The notes below the pieces were generated by a model. The model saw only the letters and a program-made list of their open reading frames with translations, made no database searches and was not told the DNA's origin. DNA of 64,000 bases from the human T2T-CHM13v2.0 reference genome, Homo sapiens, in assembly GCF_009914755.1 (NCBI RefSeq), contig NC_060940.1. The stretch is one strand, 5' to 3'. Positions 53,725-64,000 of this stretch are shown here, piece by piece. The position numbers and the translations under genes were made by a program. Within the stretch, counting starts at the first letter, position 1, and every line of letters begins with the position of its first letter.

Positions 53725-56700
53725 AATGATTGGTTATTATCCTGTCCTGGGGATGAGAAGAGCCACCAGCTCCTTCCCTCAGACCGTCACCTACCTGACA
53801 AGAGGTTTCACACCTCATGGGAGAGGAGGCTGAGGTTAGTCACCCATGTGGGCAAGCCCCAGGGCCTCTCTGACCCTAACGAGGCAGAGATAAGACCTGC
53901 CTGTCCCGAGGGCTGTAAGAATCACATGCAGGCCCTGGTGGGGCAGTTCCTTGTCTCCAGCTCCACCACAAGAGGACTGAAGACAGTACTCAGAGGACCT
54001 GCAGCCAGTACCCGGCACACACGAATGCCCCGTGGGTGCTGGGGCTGGTGTCACAAACTGTGGTTACTCCACAGGTGTCAGGAAGCACAGGGCTCAGGCT
54101 CCAGATGCTCCCAGGGGAGGGAGGAGGTGAGGGCAGAGGCGATGGGCCATGCCATCCACAGACCAGGGGTGGCCCCACCAACATGAACATTGTTGGTGTT
54201 GTCATCTTGGATGCCAGTCTGAGGTCCAGGCACAAACACACATGAATCTCCTCCCCATTTCTCCAGGCATCAGCACTGTCACCCCCAGCCTCAGGCTATT
54301 TGGGCAGTGGGGCTAGGAGTGTCCTCTATTTCTATGTGCTAAATCTGGCAACCCAAGGTGTTAAAAATCATAGTAGATACTACTGGATTTAAATCAGCCC
54401 AACTTTGGACACCTAAGGCTCATTAAAAAGCTGTAAGTGCAGAGCCTTCCTGACTATAAATCCTCGCTTTCTTGCAGAGTTTGACTGAGAGTCATTTTAT
54501 CTGTTTCTCCACCATCACGGATGGAAATACTCCAGCATCCCGAGTTTTTTGGTTTGTTTGTTTTTAATTCAAAAGTTTCCCAGACACAGAGAAGGACTTA
54601 AATCGTAGGCCAACTGAAGGGCACAATGTTCCTGTTACAAGTAATTTAGGTAAAATAAAGAGTAACAGGAACACCTGCAGCATCGAGGCACCTTGCATCT
54701 GTGAATTCCGGCAGAGTGAAGACTCCTAATGACGGGCCATGGCACCTGCACAGTGAGGTCAGGAATCACTCAGACTTCACGGCAGATGCCAGTGAGTTCT
54801 GCCTAAGCAGGGAATGGGCGGGCATCATCAGCTGCCAGTGTTGGAGTGTGGGGGTGATCACACCTTGATGACAGAGAAGGCCAGAGTTTAAGGAGCCAGC
54901 AGGAAGAGGCCATGTGGCTGCACTCCTCTATGACCAGAATGTCCCTGTGGGCATGAGGGAGGGCAGCCTCCAGGCAAAGCAGGCCGGGGTCAGGAGAGAT
55001 CTTTGGGGAGTGTCAGCACAGTGCCCTCCCCCAACCTCAGGCCCAGGCCTGTTCTCCTGCCAGGACCACCTCAGTCCAGTGATCACAGAGGGGCACAAAC
55101 TCCTTGGGCACTTGGCACTTGGGTGCTGTTGCAGTGTTGGGGTGGGGAGCTCCAGGTGTGGCGGCCACACTGCCTGGCCAGAGCTGGTGTCTGAGGACAA
55201 CCACCATCCTCTACAAGGTCACCACTATAGTTCAGGCTAGAGACCTGGTCTTGTGGGGCCCAAATGAGCACCTACCCATCTTGATTCCTGCTTAGGGCCT
55301 CTCCCACCCTCCCACTGCAGGCATGGGTGGAGGCTGGTGAGTGAGGGATGGGAGGGTGATGGAGGGAGGAGAGACTGAGCATGAGCTGATGGCCAGCAGG
55401 GCTGCCCACAGGACTTGAGACTGGGCAGGTGGAAGTGATAATGGATAACGATCAAAGATGAGGCCTACACCCAGCAGTGGGGGAACAGCAGCCACGTAGA
55501 GCATCCTTGTAGAACAAGCTGGATCACTCAAGCAAGCCCCATGCATTAACCTTGATGTTTTATTCTGTAAAGTGGAGCTCCTAATGCCTTCTCTGCCTCA
55601 CCCTGGTAGCAGCCAGAGGAAGTGGCTGTGACACCTTGGGGATCCTAGGGCAGTGGGACAGCATCAAAAAGTGCTGAAGACTGGGAGGAAGCTCAGAATT
55701 GGGGGCAGGAATGAAAATGATAGACAGGAGAAATCCAGGAGTCTGGATCAGCACCTGGCCACCCTCTGGGCCAGAGGGGAGAGGCTGGGGTGGGGGAGCT
55801 TTTGAGACATGGTGGCTGGGAGGCCAGCATGCCTGGAACAGAAATGAGGGCATGGGGGAAGGAAGAAGGAGGCAGGAGGTGCTCTGGGAAAGTGCAGTGC
55901 ACGGGGCCAGGGAGGCAGAGGCAGTTGCTAGGCGGAGCTGTGCCCGGGAGGCCAGAGGAGGCTGGGGAAGGCCTGGGGCAACTTCCTAGGAAAAGCCTAA
56001 GGAGGGGAGGGCATGAAGATGATGAGGAATGAGCAGTTGGTGGGGACTCAGAAGAAAATCTCACTGCCTGTCAAGGTACGCCCACAGCAGCCCAAGCCCT
56101 GTGCCAACACGCACTGCCATTCCTGGTTGCCAGATACAACCCTTGGGAGTGGGCGGGGAGGAAACCCACAGCCAGGGTGATAGCCCCCAAGACCCACAAG
56201 TGACCAAACCACCTAACATCAAACATGTAAAGGGTCCAGATCAGGAAATCCAACAGATTTCCAGCCACACCTATCTCCCAAAACATAGCTGGTGAATCCA
56301 GGAGTAAGTAGAAAGCAGCTCTGAAGAGTCAAAATGGTGGCCACAGCACCCCCAGTCCCTGCCTGCTCACCTGTAGGCAGAGGCCCTCACTCAGAGCCTA
56401 CCTGCTTCATTTAACACACAGTTCTGATAGACATTGGTACCTGGTTTCAATTACAAAGAAAATCAAGCCCAAAAGAAAAACTCTAAGGCTCTGCAAATCT
56501 TGAATGTGCGAGATCATCACAGTGAGGAATCAGCCTGGAAAGCCTGCCAATTCCCACTCAAGATAGACATTCTGTGATTCCCATATTTTCATAATGAGGC
56601 TCCCCAAGTTATCAAGACATTGTAAAATAATATTCCATCTTCATTGCTTAGGAAGGCAGGGTAGTGTATGGTAGATGTTAGAGGAATATGCTGTGCTTTT

Positions 56701-56734
56701 AAAAGTTGGGCATTTGAAGAGGGGATGGAAGAAC

Positions 56735-56875
56735 ATTTTTCGAGTACCTGCTACATACACACCATCTTAAACATGTTAACCTCCTAACAATCCTACAAGT
56801 AACTATTATCTATGTCATTTTATAGAAAAGAAAACAGACTTAGAGAGCTGAAGTGATGTATCCCAGCTCATGCCG
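56735..56875 (-). mobile_element. MIR
   Basis: cattttatagaaaagaaaacagacttagagagctgaagtga. Confidence 0.6.
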
Positions 56876-59800
56876 CTAATGCTTTTTTCTTTTCACCCTT
56901 GGCGTGGCTCAAGTCCTTGGCCTGGGGCCTATGTGGAATGCCTGCTCTTTGACACCAGGTGAATGAGGCTTTGCTGGATGCACAGGGCCTGAGTTTCGGT
57001 GATGTTTTCCAGGGTGGTGGTGATGGCTGTCACTGTCCCATCAGCTCACTGTGGGGACCGATTTTCTGCCCTGGCCTCCATAGCTTTGGCCACTCTGAGA
57101 GGCGAAGGCCCTTCTTCTGCCTCTGCTCCAGGATAAAGCTCCCCTTTCCACATGGGAAAGCATGAGCTGTGAAGCCTTGCAGCTGGAAGATAGCTGCAAG
57201 ATAGCTGGTCTATCCAACAGGAGGTCTCCATCATGAGGAAGGGACTGGCTCACCTGGAAGATAGTTTTGTGAACCCTGTCCTCCAGAGAAAATTATCCCT
57301 CAAGGCCTTTGATGATGAGAGGCTCTGTTTTTTCATTCCTTAATCATTCAGAAAACATAGAAAATCATTCAGCTTATTCAAAATAGTGGAAAATCATTGA
57401 GGTTTTTTCCTGTGTAAAGGTCAAACTATAAAAAGATATATGGACTCAGAACTCCAGGCTAGTCATGAAAACGTGGCAGTGCATTGAAATGGATCCAAAA
57501 AATGGTCTAATCCTCCTCTGGAAACAGCTCATAATAATCCCCTCTCCACTCTCCCCTCTGTGTGTTAAATTCCTGTTTGTAGGTTCAAGGACATGAAATC
57601 AGTGATTTTAATGGGTAGAGCATGGGCTGTACAGAGCAGGAGTCCTGGATCAGAATCCCTGACCAGCTGCTACACACCAAATATAAAACCTGGCATGCTC
57701 TGGTGCTGTTCTGGTGCTCTCCTGAAGGGCCTGGGGCACCTCCTGTCAAGGTCTGGGTGGGTGGACACTCAGAACCTTCTCACCATCCTAGCTGTGACTT
57801 TCCACCTGAGGTGTGGACAGATGAAGGTTGGCCCGCTGGCTATACAGAGTCTGAGGATGGCGCTGCCAGACTATGGTAGAGACAGATTCCCTGCTCTGGT
57901 CTCTGTCCCCACCTCAGCCACCCAACTCTGTTCCCATAGTCTAACAGGGCTAGGCTGAGTATAGGCTTGGGTGACCTGTGAAGTCCTTCCAGCTGGAAGA
58001 TAAATAACTTCAAGATGGCTATTTCGACATTTTAAAAGGGCACTTGGAATTTCACTGCTTTTGTGAAGCTGAGCAAGAGAAGGGAGGACAATAGGATATT
58101 TTGAAAACAGCCTAGAGAGTAAAAGCCTCACTTTCCTCTTTATTAATTCAGAACTTGGAGGAAATCTGTGAAAGTATCTTTCGGAATGTAAGAAATGTCT
58201 GTGACCCTTCTTTAGCAAGGCTTGACCCGGGCTCAATTATGTGCAGTCCCACCTGTGGGGTAGGCTCAGCCTGGTCTCTCCCACACTGGGCCACCCACTG
58301 GAGGATAGAGGAGGGGGTTTGGGAGATGGAGTCAGTCCTAATGCTAGGTCTGGCAGTCAGATTTCCTGGTGGGAGACTCTGGGCCTGGGAGGCCTCTAAG
58401 CCCCACAGGTAGGAGCCAGTCTTCATGTCCTGGTTTGTGTCCAAGCAGGAACAGAAGGAATGGCATGCACAAAGACTTGTAGGGGAAAGTGCTGGCTCTT
58501 GGCTCTGGCCAACAGGGCATGGCATGAGATGAGGAAGGCTGGCAGCAGCCAGATCCTGCAGACATCAGATTGAGTGGCATGCCCTGATTTGTGTTCTACA
58601 AAGGCCACATGGGCTGCCAGGAGGGGAAGGCTCAGAGGCAGCAGGGCCAGGTAGGAGGTGGCCTTGGTCACCCAGGGACATGGTGACAGAAGGCAGGAGA
58701 TGATGAATCTGGAAGACTGACGGACCAATGGCTGGTGTGACAGTGACAGTGAGAGGGAGTGGGCCTAGCAGGGGGTCTTTCAGGCCTCTGACCTATGCAT
58801 TGGCTGGATGCTGAGGCCTCATCTGAGACGGAATGGGTGCTGTGGGTTTGGGCATCTATGATGAGTCAGAGATGCGCAGGTGACAACTAAGGTGGCTGGC
58901 GGACATCCAGGTGGATCCATGAGAACATGGGCCATAAACTGTGCCATTAGGGAGAAACTCAAGCCAGAGACTGAAAGGTAGGCAAGGGCATCCTACAGGT
59001 AACGCCCAGAGAGTGGATAAAATCCCATGGGGAGAGTTCAGAGTGAGACCCAAAGAGGGCCAGGAAGAAGCTCCTGGAGTCCCTGACATTTGGGTTTGTG
59101 GAGAAACCCAAGGAGTGGGCAGAGAGGTGGCTAGAGAGCGTGGAGTGGGTCCCTGAGGCAAGAGTCCTTGGGGGTCAGGCAGTAAGGGGATGCCTGAGAG
59201 GCCGGGCTCATCACTGGGTCAAACTGTGGGGAATTCTGCCCGTTCAGCAATGCTGAGGGTCTAGCTGCAGTTTGAGCCAACTCTGCAGTTTTGCAGATGG
59301 TTTGTTTTCCTGGACAGAAGGTTCAAAGCAGGCTTCCCAGGCATTTTCAGGAGATCTGTCTACGGAAACGTTAACCTACGGCTTAAAATTTCTTTCTTCC
59401 AGTACCTTTTAAATTTAGGTAACCTGAAAAGTGTAACCATGACTACTGTGTTTGTATTATTTTAATATTGACTTTTAAAAATATAGCAAAAATATATATA
59501 GCGGATGCTTATTTTAAATGTTAACATGAGGTTCTATTTTACTATTCATTATACTCTTCAGATGAAGAATCTAATTTAAAAAGATCTACAAATTTCATAT
59601 GTAATTTGCAGACTCTTGAAGAGTCTACCTCTTCAGCTTTTTTTTTTTTTTTTAGGTTACAAGAGACTTGTCCTAGACCCTTAGGTATTTAATGTGACAT
59701 ATTCTGCCTCACAAAGTAAAAGAGAAAGGGCAGTTTTTGGCTCCTTTACAAACAGCTTTGCCCCCAGATGTGTCCAACGGCCTGATTTAGTATTAAAGCT

Positions 59801-61679
59801 CTGAAATGATTGATTATCCATTAGGGTAGCTATTTAAAGAGTTCATCACATCAGATTCAAACCGACAACATCTGCGCTGCAAGGGCTGCTGGAAGAGCCA
59901 GGCAGAACCAAATGGAAACCTGGATGGAACTGTGGATTCTGCCTCCTGCAAGACTCTGAGACCAGACCTCTATGAAGGACAGTAACAGGTTGCTGCTGCC
60001 ACTGTGCCCGTAATCAGGTGTGTGCCAGCGCTTCCTGCTGGGCCCAGGCCAGGGAGAACTCCTGTGAATGAAAACTGACATGGGTCATAGCTCAGAGCGC
60101 GACCCTTTCCCCTGCTCTAGGCCTCGCCCTCTTCCCTGGTCTCCCCATTGTTCCCTGTGAGCCCCTTCCCATCTCCCTCTCTCTGGGGCCTCCGACCCTG
60201 AGTTGTCCCAGGCTTCTACTTCCCGTCCCACTCTTCCCTCCACAAATCATTGCCACCGCCCAGCTGGGTTTCTCCCTAATCCCTCCTACCCTCCTGTCCA
60301 GAATGTTACCGGCAAACCTTACACAATCTAAGGCCGTTGTTGTCTTCTAACCCTAGCAGTTTCCCTCTTAACAGCAACATCAAACTTGTTCCCTTATTCT
60401 GCCTCGTCCTTGTATGCTCAGCAAACAGTTTACCTTGGCAGGTTCACCAGGAAGTAACAATACTGCTAAAGCCAGGTGCTTTGTGGCGCTTTTATTTCTG
60501 AAGCTGTGTGAATGTAGGTAGGTGTGCCTTAGGTGAGTGTTTAATAGTTTCCAGGCTGAAGTTGTTGTCACCCATGCAGCCACTGGGGCTTCAAGCCCTA
60601 TCTGTCCGGTGGGTCAGAGCACAGGTGTGTCAGAGCATAGGCCATGCTATATTCCAGGGGCAACTTGGCTGGTCCTGAGGCCTGTCAGGTCTAGGTGGGA
60701 GGCCCGTGTCGCTGGAAGATGCCTCAGTCCCAGGAGAGCTCTGTGGCTGGAAAGCTGCTTCCTGATTGCCAGGGCACTCAGTCACAAAAGCTGTACCCAA
60801 GGGCTCTTTGGGGTGGCTGCCGTGGTTTCCACTTAGACCCTGTCTTCAGGGCTGGTGCACCCATCCCCTGGGTACTGGGGACATCTCACAGCTGTGTCCC
60901 TCCCTAGGCATTGCCCTCAGCTGAGGCAAACTGCCTCACTCAAAATTAAGCCCTTTCTGAATGATTGGCAGATGGGGAGGGGGTACCAAGGCCAGGTCCC
61001 TTGGCCCCCATCTGGGACAACTCTGAGGAGCTATCTCAGCTCCTGAGTTCCCTGTAGAACTGCTGAGGTCTCATTTGCACCCACAGTCTGGGTCTGTTTC
61101 TCCATCTGCCTGATCCTGCCTTCTTCACTTCCCTGAACTCATCAACAAATTCGCACACACTCAGGGAACCCAGGCTATGACAGCTATCCCGACTCAGCTA
61201 AGAGGGGCTGGGTTGATTGATAGCCTCTTACCCCACTCCAGAGCCACTCTGGCCCTGCTATGCTGGGGCTGCTGACAAAGCCCCCTCAATTGTTCTACTG
61301 TTACTCTTTTATTGCATTCAAGCCTCCCTAAGGAGCCACTTGAGAGACATTTGTTTATTTTTGAACTTGGACTTAGGAAATATTGTGCTTCTTTTGGCCT
61401 TTGGTCTGTGTTTGGATTGTGTTTATGATACAAACACAAACAACTGGGGAAGAGATTGGGCTTTCTTTGCTTTGGCTGCTAGGAAGCTTGGAGACCAGTC
61501 CTAGACCTACACGCTACTAGACAAAGATGCTGGTACCTTCAGAGTTCCCTTAACGTGCTTTCCTTGCTATTGTTCTTTGTGTCGTTTTGCTATATCACAC
61601 AGCTCCGTCTGAGCTGCCTCAAACCCTGCGTGGAATGAAGTAGGGTATAAATGAGTAAACACATACATACAGCCATGGG

Positions 61680-61860
61680 GGTGTGGTGTCAGACAGACCT
61701 GTCTGCCGGTTACCAGCTCTGGGACATTTGCCAAGTTACAACTTCTCTAAGCCCTAGTTTATTCAGCCAAGGAGTGGGCCTGATGCCTGCATCACATAAT
61801 TATTCTGAAGAAAAATACAACAAGCACATGCCTGGTACATATCAAGTGCTCAATAAATGG
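61680..61860 (+). mobile_element. MIR
   Basis: caagttacaacttctctaagccctagttt...atgcctggtacatatcaagtgctcaataaatgg. Confidence 0.7.
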
Positions 61861-63654
61861 TACACATTCATAACAACTTTTTATAAAATCCTGTGCTCTC
61901 AAGAAAGTGCCCTATCATGTTGCCGGATCTGCCCCCACTCCCTTCCTGTTGTGTGCGGGCTGTCAGCCAAGGTGCATTTCTGGCTTGTTGGGTTTCACTT
62001 TCTCATGGGAGAAAGATGCCTACCCAGGCACCTGCAGCTCACAGCAGACGGTGTGCCGCAGCAGAAGGTCCCGTGTAGATGCCCACCGAGTTCATCCAGG
62101 CAGGTAGATACATGACTCAAATACCCACAAGAGAAATGAGCACCTACTTGGCTGGAGGAAAACTAAGACTCTTTATGTAAATGAAGCCTTCATAAAATGA
62201 AAAAAAAAAAAAGGTTGTAGATGAGAGATGGGTGATGAGTAATTTAACCAAGACGATGCAAATCTAGGCCTTTGAATACTTTAAATATAACCATCTGATA
62301 TAAAAAGAATTGCACTAAATTTTTTAAAGTAGAGAGCTTTCCTAGGGTGAGAGACTCACTTTCCTGATAGGGACATATTCCCCAAAAGGCAAATGGGGAA
62401 GGCAAAGAACAACATCCATGTTGACATCACATCCCCCTGCAGGCAGCAGAGGAGGATTCAATGCATTTTATAGTCTACACTAGCACCCCATATACCACAC
62501 GTTACCTTGCAAACCAGTTTGGATCCCATATGAGAACAGGGATGCCCATTTCAAAGGGGAGGTAGCTTGGGAAACTCTTTTGTTCATTTCTAAAGTAAGC
62601 CTGCCCCTGGCTCTGTCTCCTTGTAAATGTCAGGTGGGCCTGAACCATAGTCTTGAGCTTGTCTAAAGATGGGTCTGGACTTTCTTGTCCTTTTGGGTGA
62701 TGAGAAGGCCAGAGCAGGGAACCTTCTGTATGCTGGGTCTAGAATGGGTCTGCTAGATGTATCCTCCTAGAGGGGAGAAAGGGATGGTGTGAGTGCAGGA
62801 TGCTGAGGAAGGGGTCAAGGACAGGATGTAGAGAGTGTGGCATGAGGGCAAAGCTGGGTACAGGGCAGGCCCCAGTATGGTGTATTTGTAGAAATAGGCC
62901 TCAGGAGAGGTGAGAGGGATGAAGAAGTAGTGGCTAGGGGCCACAGCTAGTATCTGGCTGGGCTGTCTAGTCCTGGAGGGGTAAGGGATGCTGGACCATA
63001 CCCTCTAAGGCTGGTTTAGGAGGGTCGGGGGGTCTTGGAGGAAGCTGCCCAGAGCAGCTATGGCCACCAATGAGACAGGAAGAAGTCAAGGTTGATGGCG
63101 CTTGAGCCAGGGTCCCACTGCAGGGACTGGCTGAAGTTCTGGAACATGCATTGAGCACATTAACAAGACTGAGGATTTTGTGTCAGGTCTCTGGAACCTT
63201 CCTTTGGGGGATCAGCCAGTGCAGGAGAAACAGGTGATGGCTGGGTGACCAGGAATCTACTGCCCTATCACCCACAGGCAGCTCATTGTATATCACATGT
63301 GGGGACAATGTCCCCCTCAACGCCTAGCCAGAGGGATGGGGCAGGATGGGGATGCAGCATCCAACATCTGTTGACTGTCTTTCCTCAAATCCTGTTACAC
63401 ATTTCCTTGCATCTCCAGAGTTTTGGTAAGAGAAAAACCATGTACTTCACCTCTATCTTGACAACAATAACTTTCCTCCCTTCCTATGGAAGATAGAGAG
63501 AACCCTCCTCACCTCCAACATAGCACAGATGCCCCAGGGCCCAGCTTCCATGAACCCCATGTAATGATGATGATGAAGATGACAACCATAATGAAGCCTT
63601 ACTCCTAAAATGAGTATAATGACACTAATGATAAAGGCAGCATCAGAGAGTGGG

Positions 63655-63790
63655 GGAGAGAACAGACTTTGAAGCCAGACTGCCTGAGTTCCAGCTCCAC
63701 CTATCACTAATTGTGGGAACTTGGAGGTCACTTTGTTCTTGGGCTCCCTCATCTGTAAAGTGGGGATCAGAGTAGCTGATTATTGGAACA
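63655..63790 (+). mobile_element. MIR
   Basis: agactttgaagccagactgcctgagttcc...cctcatctgtaaagtgggga. Confidence 0.7.
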
Positions 63791-63814
63791 TGTAGTATCC
63801 CGAATAGCTATTGC

Positions 63815-64000
63815 TTTTTTTTTTTTTTTTAAGAGATAGTGTCTTTCTTGTCACATGGCCTGGAGTGCAGTGGTGTGATCTTGGCTCACTGCAGCCTCAA
63901 CCTCCTAGGCTCAAGCAATCCTCCCACCTGTCTCCCAAGTAGCTGAGACCACAGGCATGCACAGGTTTTGCCATGTTGGCCAGGCTGGTACCGAACTCCT
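63815..64000 (-). mobile_element. AluJ-like element lacking its linker, cut by the window edge
   Basis: T16 tail and right arm, jumping directly into left-arm sequence. Confidence 0.85.

Overview
Primate (almost certainly human, chr16q22.1) genomic DNA with two convergent genes. The + strand carries the last two coding exons of PRMT7 (516-612, 869-1039). The - strand carries SMPD3 (neutral sphingomyelinase 2): non-coding exon 2 (30425-30486), exon 3 (14686-16214, ATG at 16008), and exons 4-9 down to the stop at 5042. All have GT-AG junctions and give a 1968-nt, 655-aa CDS. The 3' UTR runs about 2.9 kb to roughly 2160. Everything beyond 30.5 kb is SMPD3 intron 1 (exon 1 lies outside the window) and is rich in Alu, MIR, L2, MaLR, MER41 and MER47-like repeats. 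Most other ORFs in the track are GC-rich or Alu-derived noise. No novel protein-coding system was found. The best leads are regulatory: (1) a sense-oriented MER41B LTR with an intact GAS site, a mutated poly(A) signal and two splice donors just downstream; (2) three uORFs ahead of the SMPD3 start; (3) a candidate internal promoter and first exon beside exon 2; (4) possible PRMT7/SMPD3 3' overlap; (5) a 152-bp local templated duplication. Repeat family names come from recalled consensus sequences and need RepeatMasker/Dfam confirmation.
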